DNA of 53,373 bases from Minisyncoccota bacterium (GTDB taxonomy: Bacteria > Patescibacteriota > Minisyncoccia > Phycocordibacterales > UBA9973). The notes under the pieces were generated by a model. The model had not been told where the DNA came from. It was given only the letters and a program-made list of their open reading frames with translations, and did not search any database. The position numbers and the translations under genes were made by a program. Shown here piece by piece: positions 27,393-37,251 of this stretch (positions are counted from its first letter, which is position 1; each line of letters opens with the position of its first letter). The stretch spans positions 1 to 53,373 of the forward strand of contig JBAYHR010000005.1 of the NCBI GenBank assembly GCA_041666045.1, written 5' to 3'.

Positions 27393-30300
27393 TTATTTTG
27401 TTGGTGTTGATGGTGTAGAGGGTGGTGTTACAGGTGGTGTTGATGGTTGTGATTTAAAACTAGGAGTATTTTCGCTTTTTGTTGTTGTCGCTGTTGGTGT
27501 ATTTGCTTTTGCTTTGTCTTTTTTGAAATTATATTCTTGATTTTTTAGAGTATTAACCTCTTTTAATGCGGTTCTTAGTTTTTCTAGTCTTGCTGTTTCT
27601 ATTGTATTATTAAATAATCTTTCTTTAGTTTTTGTTGTGTCTTGTTTGTCATTAATAAGCTTTCTAAGAGTAAGTTTTTCTTCTTCTGCGGCTATTGCTA
27701 ATTTGGTTAGAGCTTTTGTTATTTCTGTTTGAGCTTCTTCATCTATTGTAAATCCTTGTTCTCTGTTTCCTTTTACTAAATTTACAAAATTTCCTTTCTC
27801 GTCTTTCGTTATATTATTTCCCTTCTCCAACAGATCATAATTTTTACCCAACTCTTCTGTTATATGGCTTAATTTTTCTTCAATATTTCCAAGAGTTTTT
27901 ATTTGTCTACCCATAGCTGCTCGTGTTAATCTCTCAGATTCTTGTTGTTTCAAACCTTCTCCAACAACTGAACCAGCTCCTAATCCAAATCCACCAAGTC
28001 CGCCAACCATTGCTCCTGCAACTCCTCCTCCTATCATTCCAGCTCCTACTATTCCTCCTATACCACCAGTTGCTCCTGCTAATGCCACACCAATTGCCAA
28101 TTTTGTACTTTTTGCTCTTTCATCCAATATTTTTTCTTTTTCTTCACTAAGTTCTTTTTGTGTATAATTTGGATTAATTGCTTGAAGATTTGCTTTTGCT
28201 TTATCTTCAATTTTATTTCCAGTTCCAGCCAAATCATCTGCTGTTTTAACTGCAGTATAAGCAACTGAAGATACAAATCCTGTTTTTCCAATATTGTCAT
28301 TAAATACTTGCATTCTGTGATTATTTAATTGTTCAGCAGTTGTAATATCACTTCCGTCAGAATTTTTTAAACGATTAGATCTCTTTTCATTCCAAGTTTT
28401 CACTTCAGCGTCTGTCATCTTTGTTTTTGTGGTTTCAAATTCTTCCATAGCTTTCTTATTTCTATTTTCAAGAGTCTTTTGATACCCTCCTTCTTTAACG
28501 CCTAATCCAACCATTTGCGCGCCTTTAGTTAAATTAAGACCAGCCATTCCTGCCAATCCGCCAAGCGGAGATTTTCTTGCGTCAAAAGAAGATTTAGTAG
28601 CAGCAGTTGTTGCTTTAAGCATTAATCTTGCGGCAAAACCGCCTAATCCTTTTTCTTCAGCTTTTGATTTAATACTTTCGCCCGCTTTACTTCTTAATAA
28701 GTAAGAAGTTCCCGCTCCAACAGTTCCGCGAGCCAGAAGAGCTCCAGCGCCAAGTGCTACCCCGCCGACTAACCCTGTTGCCATTCCTCCATATTTACTC
28801 AAAGTTGCGCCTAATTGTCCAGAATAATCAACTGCCAGTTTTTTTGCTTGCATTAAAAGGATAAAAATAATAGAAAATGGAATTATTGTTTTCATTAATC
28901 GTTGTATAAAATCCTGTGAATTTGATGCATAACCAATAGCTTCTTTTCCAAGGTCTGTAAATAAAACTATTATATATAAAAAGAATAAAAAAATAGGAGC
29001 GAGAAAAGCCGCTTTTAACAAATCATCCCACCATTTTTTATGGCCGAAACCGGGAATATCAAAAGGGACAGTATATGATGCAAAAGCTAGAGGTGCAAAA
29101 ATCATAGCTAACCAAAGAGAAACAACTCTACTAACAAAAAGTATTGCAACAACAAAGAACATATAAGCAGAGTAGAGAGTTAATGCTATAAGCAATAAAG
29201 TTATAAAAACAAATTTTCCACGAGACATGTCATACATATCTGCTGATACAATTTCTTGCGGATTAAAACCCTTAATAAGACCTACTGATATTGATTTTTG
29301 ACCACCACTACCTGGTGGTAAAGGAGCTCCATTTTTATCTACAGATGTAATTTGATTATAAAATACCTTGGCTAGTATATTTGATGCGTCAATAATCACT
29401 TCTGTAAAAAATAAACTAAAATTTATAAGTAAGGCAATTATAATAATAGCGCTTATTAATTTTTTGTTATTTGTCACATTTAAACTAAGTATTGTTTTGA
29501 TTGCTATATATAAAAGAGCAATTATAAAAAAGATATTTGCAATATCTCGTATTATTCCCCAACCTTTTGTAACGAAGGGTGATGTATATGAATCACTATT
29601 TGTTGAATAATAAATAAAAAAATCAAGAAAACTTCCTGCCATATTGGCAATCCACGCTGATACTTCCCAGATAAAATAAGTTACACCAGCGATACAACCT
29701 ATCACTTGGTCTATCCCTAAAACTCCGCAGTTAAAAGAATATCCTGCTGTCGTTGGAGTAATGTCAGTAATACTATTGTTGTTTTCTCCTGTTGGATTGC
29801 TAATTATATCTTGCATTGCTTGTTGGTCGCCATTGTATAGACCTTCTCTAGGAGTTTTAAATTTTATTTCTAAAGGTGTTGATTTTATTTGATAATAATC
29901 TTTTTTAGTAGAATTTAATAAATTTACTCCTCCTCCTTCACCATTTGTTTCAGATCTATAATAAAGTTTTGCAACATAATTTGTATCAGGTGTTAGTTTA
30001 GTTACTAATATTTTTCCTGAGATAGTATTTAAAATATTGCTTGTTAAATAAAGAGCATATGATTTTTGATCTAATAAGTTAGTTGGTGGAACTATTAATT
30101 TATTTTCAGTATTAAAAATAGTTAATAATACAGCATTTTCTTGATATGTATTCATAGTTGCAAGATCAACATATTTCCATTCTTCTTTTTCACCTTGTCC
30201 AGGAATTATTTCAAAGTTAAATCCAGCACTAGCGCTAGTTGGACCACTTCCACTGAATGAACCAAATACTTCAAAAGTACTTTGATTTAACAAATTTTCA

Positions 30301-30452
30301 TAAAGAGAATAATCTTCAGCGTTTGCTTTATTTATTTTAGTTTCCAAAGCCAATTGCCCATTTTGTTTTTCAAAAACTGGAGAAATAGGCGCAAGCAAAA
30401 TAGCTATTACTATAAAAGATATTAGAATTTTTGATAAAAATTTTCTTTTCAT
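27393..30452 (-). CDS. VirB6/TrbL-like polytopic membrane protein with secreted N-domain and Gly/Ala-rich plus coiled-coil C-terminal region
   Basis: 1019 aa. Signal/anchor, a soluble domain of about 240 aa, a block of many TM helices (about aa 250-560), GxxxG-rich segments, and a PT-rich tail. Confidence 0.45.
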   Translation of the reverse strand: MKRKFLSKILISFIVIAILLAPISPVFEKQNGQLALETKINKANAEDYSLYENLLNQSTFEVFGSFSGSGPTSASAGFNFEIIPGQGEKEEWKYVDLATMNTYQENAVLLTIFNTENKLIVPPTNLLDQKSYALYLTSNILNTISGKILVTKLTPDTNYVAKLYYRSETNGEGGGVNLLNSTKKDYYQIKSTPLEIKFKTPREGLYNGDQQAMQDIISNPTGENNNSITDITPTTAGYSFNCGVLGIDQVIGCIAGVTYFIWEVSAWIANMAGSFLDFFIYYSTNSDSYTSPFVTKGWGIIRDIANIFFIIALLYIAIKTILSLNVTNNKKLISAIIIIALLINFSLFFTEVIIDASNILAKVFYNQITSVDKNGAPLPPGSGGQKSISVGLIKGFNPQEIVSADMYDMSRGKFVFITLLLIALTLYSAYMFFVVAILFVSRVVSLWLAMIFAPLAFASYTVPFDIPGFGHKKWWDDLLKAAFLAPIFLFFLYIIVLFTDLGKEAIGYASNSQDFIQRLMKTIIPFSIIFILLMQAKKLAVDYSGQLGATLSKYGGMATGLVGGVALGAGALLARGTVGAGTSYLLRSKAGESIKSKAEEKGLGGFAARLMLKATTAATKSSFDARKSPLGGLAGMAGLNLTKGAQMVGLGVKEGGYQKTLENRNKKAMEEFETTKTKMTDAEVKTWNEKRSNRLKNSDGSDITTAEQLNNHRMQVFNDNIGKTGFVSSVAYTAVKTADDLAGTGNKIEDKAKANLQAINPNYTQKELSEEKEKILDERAKSTKLAIGVALAGATGGIGGIVGAGMIGGGVAGAMVGGLGGFGLGAGSVVGEGLKQQESERLTRAAMGRQIKTLGNIEEKLSHITEELGKNYDLLEKGNNITKDEKGNFVNLVKGNREQGFTIDEEAQTEITKALTKLAIAAEEEKLTLRKLINDKQDTTKTKERLFNNTIETARLEKLRTALKEVNTLKNQEYNFKKDKAKANTPTATTTKSENTPSFKSQPSTPPVTPPSTPSTPTK

Positions 30453-30495
30453 AATTTCAGCACACCTTTAACTAAATTCTACCACGAAATGATTT

Positions 30496-32448
30496 TTATT
30501 TCTTAAAATAATACTCATATCCATAAGTATTTCTTAAGTTTCCAGTCATACTTTGTATGTTGACTATTCTTCCATTGAAATATTCGTATACTGTTAGTTT
30601 GTTTCCAATTAGGATAAGTTGATAAGCTGCAATATCTGGTGTGACTACTCTTATTTCTTTTCCATTTCCATTTACATAACCAAAACTTCTTGCAAATAAA
30701 TCTGCAAGATACCAAGCAAAAGTTTCTAAATTAGCTCCTTCCGCATAGCCATATCTTTTTGCAAGATTTGGATTTGCAATTATTTGTCGCGCAAAAACTG
30801 TTTCAATTCCTTCATGATAGTGAACGATTGCATCAGATGGCGCATTTGCATTTTGCCCTACTGTTAGAGTTGTTGTCGTTGTTGATCCATTTGTTGCTCC
30901 TGTGCCTGTTGTAACTTGATTATAAACACCGCCTTGATTTATGTAAGGTTCTTTTGTTTGTGGCTCAAACACATCAGATTCTTCTTGCATTCCTTGTCCA
31001 TTTCCAGATGTTTTTGTTGTAAAACTTAAATCACCTCCATAAAAAGTTTTTGAAACTTCTGGAGGTTTTACAACTGTTTTTGCCACAAGATGAAATTTAT
31101 ATTTTGTTCCCGCTTTTAATCCAGACAAAAGAAAACTCACATCTCCGTAAGAATTAGTATGATGACTTTGGTTGCTTGAAGTTATTGCAATCCATGGATT
31201 TTTTGTTACTGACGTTCCAACAGTGCTTATTTCATTTGGTGTGTCTTTTTTATATTCAAAATAAGTTTCAACTGCTTTTGTAGAATTGTAAGATCCTTTT
31301 AACCAAGCGGATGTTTGATTTACAACTGTTGCATTATTGGTTGTTACTGTGGTTTGTATGCATTCAGGACAAGGAAGAGTTGTAAAGTTTTTAACTTCCC
31401 CATATTTGATTCCATTCTTACTGGAAACGATTGCGCAATAATAATATTTTGTACTTTCTTGTAGACCACTTATTTCTTGAAAAAAACCTTGTTGGCCACC
31501 ACCTACAGTTATATTTCTGTCTACTGTTGAAATCATATTGCTTCCGTAAATATCTTTACAAAATATTGGTGGTACTGTTTCATCTGAATATCTGAAATAT
31601 GCAGTTGTTGGTTCTGTGTCGGGAGTTGCTGAACCTCTCAACGTAGCTTCTGTATCAGAAATATTATTTGTAATATTATTATTACAAATAGTAGGAGGAG
31701 TTAGATTGGTTTCTGTTGTTCCACAAGTTGTAATTTCAGCGTCAAAAGGAATTTCATCGTTAAACGTTATATCAATCGGTAATAATGTGTTTAAAGTTTT
31801 GAAATTTTTAATTTGACCATAAGAGGTTCCAGCGCTGTTTTTGGTTACAATCCTAAAATAATATAACGTATTCAATTCAAGATCCTTTATACTTTGGTTT
31901 GTTGAACCAGAACCACCAAGATCTTGTGGTGTTGTAGATAGCATAGATATGCTATTGGTTAAAGAAAAATCTTTGTCATATTGAAACCAAACACTAGTGC
32001 TGTTTCCAACGAATGTTGTCCAAGACCCGTTTAATTTAGCTGTAGTTCCAGTTATATTTGAGACGATATCAGATGTTGTGGATACAGGTAAGGTTGATGT
32101 TGGTAAGGTTATAAAATCTATCCAACCAGCACAATGTGTTGTTCCGTCACGTTCAAAACAAGCGCGAGAATAATAAGAAGTATTTGGTGAAAAACCAGTA
32201 ATAGTTTTACTAAATGGACCCTTATAGTGTTTTTCTTTTGGTGTTGTGAATTTGTTAGTTTCAAACCAAGTATCAAACGATCTGTTTCCATCAACATCAA
32301 AATAACCATTTAGAGTTGCGCTTGTGTTAGTAATGTTGGTTGTAGGATAATTATATACACTCCATGCAAAAACTGAAATAGGTATTGCTAAAAAAGAAAA
32401 AGAGAGAATTATTGCAAATATAGAAATTTTTAAAATTTGTTTTTTCAT
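30496..32448 (-). CDS. secreted protein with about four divergent FN3/Ig-like repeats and a unique C-terminal domain
   Basis: 650 aa with a signal peptide. The recurring module pattern is T..A.L.G.....WF.Y..........Y(Y)....(V).....G..YG....F.T. Confidence 0.5.
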   Translation of the reverse strand: MKKQILKISIFAIILSFSFLAIPISVFAWSVYNYPTTNITNTSATLNGYFDVDGNRSFDTWFETNKFTTPKEKHYKGPFSKTITGFSPNTSYYSRACFERDGTTHCAGWIDFITLPTSTLPVSTTSDIVSNITGTTAKLNGSWTTFVGNSTSVWFQYDKDFSLTNSISMLSTTPQDLGGSGSTNQSIKDLELNTLYYFRIVTKNSAGTSYGQIKNFKTLNTLLPIDITFNDEIPFDAEITTCGTTETNLTPPTICNNNITNNISDTEATLRGSATPDTEPTTAYFRYSDETVPPIFCKDIYGSNMISTVDRNITVGGGQQGFFQEISGLQESTKYYYCAIVSSKNGIKYGEVKNFTTLPCPECIQTTVTTNNATVVNQTSAWLKGSYNSTKAVETYFEYKKDTPNEISTVGTSVTKNPWIAITSSNQSHHTNSYGDVSFLLSGLKAGTKYKFHLVAKTVVKPPEVSKTFYGGDLSFTTKTSGNGQGMQEESDVFEPQTKEPYINQGGVYNQVTTGTGATNGSTTTTTLTVGQNANAPSDAIVHYHEGIETVFARQIIANPNLAKRYGYAEGANLETFAWYLADLFARSFGYVNGNGKEIRVVTPDIAAYQLILIGNKLTVYEYFNGRIVNIQSMTGNLRNTYGYEYYFKK

Positions 32449-32453
32449 ATTTT

Positions 32454-35048
32454 TTAGTAAACATTAAATCTTTTTTCAAATCCTCTAGTTACAACACCAC
32501 AATTGTCTATACCCCAACTTGCTTGTTCTATATTGAGTGGCAATGGTGCTTGAATAATGGCAACTCCAACAATATTTCCAGAATCATTTTTTTCAAATGC
32601 TTCTGGACATAGAGGGGATGTTATTGGAATAACAAAACTAAGTTCATTAAAAGGTGTATTAAAATTATTGTAATAAGCGGCACCATATAAAAATCCATTA
32701 TTTGGGTCATTGCCACCAGAATTAGTAGGAGTTATCATTGGTTGTATATTTACTGAATTATACGGTATATTATATGGTTCTATTGCATCTCCAGGATAAA
32801 GATGATCTATTGTGTAAGGATAAGCTTGTCTTCTTACATATTTGCTGTATATTGATTTGTCTGTTGTCCAAACAGTGTGTAGAAACTTTTCACAACCAAA
32901 ATCTCCTTCCAATAAATTATTTTTGACATAATTTTTTTCATCTAAAGTTTGTTTATAAAGATTATCAATGTTTGCTATATCATCACCATTTACAAAATAA
33001 CCAGACAATCTAGCAAAAGCTGTTACAACTTCGCTTGATGGATCATCAAAATTTGCATCCGGTATTGCATTAGAACCCGTTTGTTCTATTAATTCTTTAA
33101 AGTTTTTAAGTCTTGTAATTATACTTTTTCTAAAAGCGATTTCTGCCATATTATTTTCAATTATTTGTTGATAGCCGGTAATTTTTAGAAATTCTGCATG
33201 AGACTCAAGTGTTACATCAGGCATATATTTAGCAGAATATTCAGTTGATGAAAAATAATATTTATTTATTATATTTTTATAACTTTTAAAAATTTTTTGA
33301 AACAACTCAGTTATTCCTTCTTTGTCGGTAATTTGTGTTTGGTCAGCATCCATTCTAACATCAAGAACATCTTCTAAAAAAGTCGCTATGTCTTTATTTT
33401 CAGCCTTAGCACTTACACCTAATAAATTGTCAATTGTTGTATTAAGACCTCCGCTTAATGTTGAACCTAACTCATACCATCCTTGTCCTGCTTGCCACCA
33501 TTTTGGATTGGATTTCATTGTATTGCCATTTATTGCTTCTAGTGTTGTGTTTTCCCAATCTGGATTAGGTCCTGGAATACAATAATCAAGTTGACGAATC
33601 CATTTTATTAAATCTCCAAGAGCAGTATTATAAGAATCTAATTTGATTAAATATGTTCTTTGTTCATCAACTAATGCCTGAGTAACTCCTGTTTTAAGAT
33701 CAAAGTTTGGATTATTTTGAAGCCAAGGTGTCATATATGATTCAGGGAATTGTGTGCCAGAGTTTTGTGTGTTTGTTTGGTTAAAAAGATATCCAAGATC
33801 AATATTTTCAGATGATGATGTATCATTATTATTATTTGAAAGAGCTGTCATTCCCTCATTCATTAATTTTGAAGAAAATCTTGCCATAGCAGCATCCAAA
33901 ATAGCTGCAATTGCATCGTTTAATGTTTCTGCATCTAAAAGCGCGTGATTTTCAAATCCCACAGTAGCTGTTAAATGGTCGGCTACATATTTACCAGGTG
34001 TGCTATATTCCCATTTATTACATATTCTTGAACTTTTATCACCACTACGTGCCTTCGCATCTTCTTCTTTAGAAAGTCCTGTTGGACTAGCGCAATATTC
34101 TTGTCCAAGAATTCCACTAGATTGTAGTAAAGATTCACGTTTATTATTTGCTGTAGAACTTTCTGTGCCTGCCAAGCGTTTACTCAATTCATTTGAAGCT
34201 TCTAAATTAAAACCAAGCGGATTATTATAAGGTACTTGAGTTAATGCATTCCATGCTCCCCATCCGCCTTGTGAAAAATCTTCACTAAAACTCACAGCAG
34301 TATATTCAGGTGTAGTTTGTTGTATTAATTCATTTAAAGAATACTGCGCTTGGTCTGCAAAACGTTGGTTGAATTTATTGGCTTCATTCATTAAAAATGC
34401 TTTTCCAAAAGGAAATTTATTTGGGTCATTAATTTCTAAACCAAAACCAAGTATTTCATTTTTTGCTATATCTTTAAAAAACTTGCTTGGATCTGTTATA
34501 AACAATGGGCCATCGCTATTCTTGCCATTTATCCAATCAATTATACTTAAAGTTAAAGTTTTTATAAGCACATTAACAACCGCTTTGCCTATAGCGTTTA
34601 GACAATTATCATTTTTATCTATTGAAGCTATGCCTTGGAGTGCTGCTATATTTATTGCTTTAATTTCTGCTAATGTGATTCCATGTTCAGTTAATTGTTT
34701 AATCATTGTTGGACTGGTAATTTGAACTGAATTAGCAGCTTCTATTCCAGCTTCTGTTGCGGTGCCTAAAATTGGCGCAATTTTACCTTTCATTAAATCC
34801 TTTAAATATTGTGGAGTTATTCCTTCTTCTTTAAATAAATTAACCATTGCTTGTTGTTTTGCATGTTTTTTACAACCTGGAAATTTTAATATGGCTGGGG
34901 CAAGACTTGAAATAATTCCAGTTGCTGAAGGTGTGACATATCCAGACGCTGATTGTGCATTAGCTTTTTTTATACTTAAAAAAGGCATTGTTGTCATGCT
35001 TATGATTACAAACAAGCCAATTATTGAATTTTTGAAATTTTTTCTCAT
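32454..35048 (-). CDS. large secreted protein, unknown function
   Basis: 864 aa with a signal peptide (MPFLSIKKANAQS). No motif recognised. Confidence 0.5.
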   Translation of the reverse strand: MRKNFKNSIIGLFVIISMTTMPFLSIKKANAQSASGYVTPSATGIISSLAPAILKFPGCKKHAKQQAMVNLFKEEGITPQYLKDLMKGKIAPILGTATEAGIEAANSVQITSPTMIKQLTEHGITLAEIKAINIAALQGIASIDKNDNCLNAIGKAVVNVLIKTLTLSIIDWINGKNSDGPLFITDPSKFFKDIAKNEILGFGLEINDPNKFPFGKAFLMNEANKFNQRFADQAQYSLNELIQQTTPEYTAVSFSEDFSQGGWGAWNALTQVPYNNPLGFNLEASNELSKRLAGTESSTANNKRESLLQSSGILGQEYCASPTGLSKEEDAKARSGDKSSRICNKWEYSTPGKYVADHLTATVGFENHALLDAETLNDAIAAILDAAMARFSSKLMNEGMTALSNNNNDTSSSENIDLGYLFNQTNTQNSGTQFPESYMTPWLQNNPNFDLKTGVTQALVDEQRTYLIKLDSYNTALGDLIKWIRQLDYCIPGPNPDWENTTLEAINGNTMKSNPKWWQAGQGWYELGSTLSGGLNTTIDNLLGVSAKAENKDIATFLEDVLDVRMDADQTQITDKEGITELFQKIFKSYKNIINKYYFSSTEYSAKYMPDVTLESHAEFLKITGYQQIIENNMAEIAFRKSIITRLKNFKELIEQTGSNAIPDANFDDPSSEVVTAFARLSGYFVNGDDIANIDNLYKQTLDEKNYVKNNLLEGDFGCEKFLHTVWTTDKSIYSKYVRRQAYPYTIDHLYPGDAIEPYNIPYNSVNIQPMITPTNSGGNDPNNGFLYGAAYYNNFNTPFNELSFVIPITSPLCPEAFEKNDSGNIVGVAIIQAPLPLNIEQASWGIDNCGVVTRGFEKRFNVY

Positions 35049-35062
35049 TTCTAATTCGTAAT

Positions 35063-36034
35063 TTATTCAGTTATTATATCATTATTACTTGATAATACAG
35101 ATAATATTGTTTTTAAATTCTCAACCGATATTATTAAATCATCACTATATTGTTGATATTGAGAAAGTCCTGAAAGACCAATTATCGGATCGTCTATAAC
35201 TTTAATCATATTTCGCACAGAAACACCTGTATTGTTTGCGCTATTAATAATTGGCAAATGATATTGCGTCAAACTTTCCGGTACTTTTAATTCTATCATT
35301 TTTTGAGCAAATTCCTGATATGCGTTGGCTATATTTGTTAATTTATCTATTGAGTCTTTTGAATTTTGTGTATTTTCAGAACCAACTATATTGCTGACTA
35401 TTTCAAGTTCATCCCCAAGTCCTTCTGTTTTGTATTTTTCAAATATTTTTTGTGCAGTTGTATAATAAATGATTTGCTCACCTGCTCCGTCATTTGCGCT
35501 TAAATTAATATCTTTTTCTGTATATTTATTAATCAAATTAGGGTCAATAATATTTTGTCCTAAACTTGCCGACACATTGTTGATTGTAGTTTGGTCTATT
35601 TGTCCGCTCTGTTTCATTGCTGTCAAAGAAGCAAAAAATTGTTGAGCAAATTTATCAGTTTCTGTTAAACCATCTCCGCTTGTTGTTAATTCACTTTCAT
35701 TTGACAGTTTTAAATCATCCCTTTTTTGTTTTATATAATCGATATCTTTTGTATCATTAAAAGTTATTTCTTTGTTTGGATCTGTTCCCCAAAGCGCTTC
35801 TTCCCAATCCATTACCCCATCTCTATCAGTATCTTTTTGAAGAAGATTATCAATTGTTATTTTTTCATTTTGCAATTTTGCTTGTTTATTTAATGCAATA
35901 TAGCTGTTTTTACCAAAGAAAATACTGGAAATTATAAAAAATATAAGCCCTAGAACAATAACTCCAATTATTAAATAAGTGAATTTTTTGCTTGGCAGAT
36001 ATTTTAAATATTTTTCATCAATAAGTCTTTTCAT
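35063..36034 (-). CDS. membrane-anchored protein with a thrombospondin type-3-like Ca-binding motif
   Basis: 323 aa with an N-terminal TM anchor and the motif DTDRDGVMDWEEALWGTDP. Confidence 0.45.
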   Translation of the reverse strand: MKRLIDEKYLKYLPSKKFTYLIIGVIVLGLIFFIISSIFFGKNSYIALNKQAKLQNEKITIDNLLQKDTDRDGVMDWEEALWGTDPNKEITFNDTKDIDYIKQKRDDLKLSNESELTTSGDGLTETDKFAQQFFASLTAMKQSGQIDQTTINNVSASLGQNIIDPNLINKYTEKDINLSANDGAGEQIIYYTTAQKIFEKYKTEGLGDELEIVSNIVGSENTQNSKDSIDKLTNIANAYQEFAQKMIELKVPESLTQYHLPIINSANNTGVSVRNMIKVIDDPIIGLSGLSQYQQYSDDLIISVENLKTILSVLSSNNDIITE

Positions 36035-36085
36035 TACAACATTATTATATCATTAATGTATTTTTTATGGTATACTAATACATAT

Positions 36086-36457
36086 ATGAAAGATATTTTT
36101 AAAAAAAGAAAAGCATTAATGTTTTCTGTTTTAATATTAGTGGTATTTTTTATGTCCACTACTTCGCTTGTATATGGCGCTGGTCTTTCTTGGTTTGGTG
36201 GTAATATTAAAAGTGTAATACCATGTACATGCAGTGGCGGTTCTAAGGTAACTATTATGGGATTACCAACATTTTTTAGTGGTTCATATCTTTATATGCC
36301 TGGTGAAACACAAGTAAGAGGTAAGGGTAATGTTGTTTCTGGTAGACAAATTCTCGGTCTTTATTCATTTGGAGGTACTTGCAAAGTAGTGGTTGGAGAA
36401 GCATGTATAAATTTACGTATTTCTAAAGGTACAATGACAATGATTGGCACTAATTAA
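36086..36457 (+). CDS. small secreted Cys-containing protein
   Basis: Start taken at MKDIFKKRKALMFSVLILVVFF (the ORF track starts at 36056). Has a signal peptide and six Cys. It is the only plus-strand gene in the block. Confidence 0.45.
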   Translation: MKDIFKKRKALMFSVLILVVFFMSTTSLVYGAGLSWFGGNIKSVIPCTCSGGSKVTIMGLPTFFSGSYLYMPGETQVRGKGNVVSGRQILGLYSFGGTCKVVVGEACINLRISKGTMTMIGTN

Positions 36458-37251
36458 TTTTTAGCAATATTTATCCAGTTTAAAAGCGATAAATCTTCTG
36501 CTCTTTTGTTTCCTAAATCTTGCGTTAGGTCTTGCCTAACGCATTTTTTTAAATTTGATGAAAGCTTTTTGCGTTTATGAGCAAAACCAGCGTGAATTAT
36601 TTCCCAGAATTTCTCTTCATTAATATATTCCCCCTCTCCTTTATAAGGAGAGGGTTGGGGTGAGGTGAAAAGTTTTCTTGAGATATTTTTTATTGCTATT
36701 ATTGCAGAATCAACTTTTGGCGCTGGTGAAAAATATCGCGCGGGTACCTTCATTATCATTTTTGGTTCTCCGTAGGCTTTTACAGAAACAGAAAGAATAC
36801 TTTCTTTTTTATCGTTTGCAATTATTCTTTTTGCAACTTCATGTTGAACCATCAACACCATAGTATTTGGTTGGTTTTTTTCTGTGAGAAATTTTTTTAA
36901 AATTGCTCCTGTTATATTATAAGGAATATTTGCTATTATTTTATAGTCTTGCTCAAAAATAATTTGCTTAATATTAAATTTTAAAATATCATCTTCTGCT
37001 AAAATTAATTTTTTATTTTCTATTTCTTTTTTAAATTTTTCTTGCAATAATTGAAAAAGATTACGATCTTTTTCAACAGCTATTACACAATTGGATTTTT
37101 CCAAGAGTTTTTCTGTAAGTACTCCTTTCCCGGGACCAATTTCTAAAATAATATCATCTGATAAAATTTCTCCAGCTTCAATTATTTTTTTAAGGGCAAT
37201 ATTAGATTTTAAAAAATTCTGCCCTAATGATTTTTTTGCTTTATGTATCAT
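36454..37251 (-). CDS. rsmA: 16S rRNA (adenine1518/1519-N6) dimethyltransferase RsmA/KsgA
   Basis: 265 aa with KSLGQNFL, EIGPGKGVLT and NIPYNIT. Carries the insertion TSPQPSPYKGEGEY. Confidence 0.9.
   Translation of the reverse strand: MIHKAKKSLGQNFLKSNIALKKIIEAGEILSDDIILEIGPGKGVLTEKLLEKSNCVIAVEKDRNLFQLLQEKFKKEIENKKLILAEDDILKFNIKQIIFEQDYKIIANIPYNITGAILKKFLTEKNQPNTMVLMVQHEVAKRIIANDKKESILSVSVKAYGEPKMIMKVPARYFSPAPKVDSAIIAIKNISRKLFTSPQPSPYKGEGEYINEEKFWEIIHAGFAHKRKKLSSNLKKCVRQDLTQDLGNKRAEDLSLLNWINIAKN
36630..36667. repeat. GC-rich hairpin repeat, in frame in rsmA
   Basis: ccccctctcc-tttataa-ggagaggg-ttggggtgaggtg. Same family as 26961-26997. Confidence 0.65.

Noticed and set aside
27923-28300. 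ORFs 27923-28150 (+) and 28079-28300 (-) with Q/L-rich repetitive translations
   Set aside because: These are alternative-frame readings of the Gly/Ala-rich segment of the 1019-aa VirB6-like gene. There is no independent support.
19957-36457. Interpreting the T4SS-like block as an integrative conjugative element or prophage
   Set aside because: No integrase, relaxase, coupling protein, replication module, capsid or terminase genes, or flanking direct repeats were seen. It is flanked directly by housekeeping genes. It is kept as a chromosomal secretion-like system, although the window cannot exclude distant partner genes.
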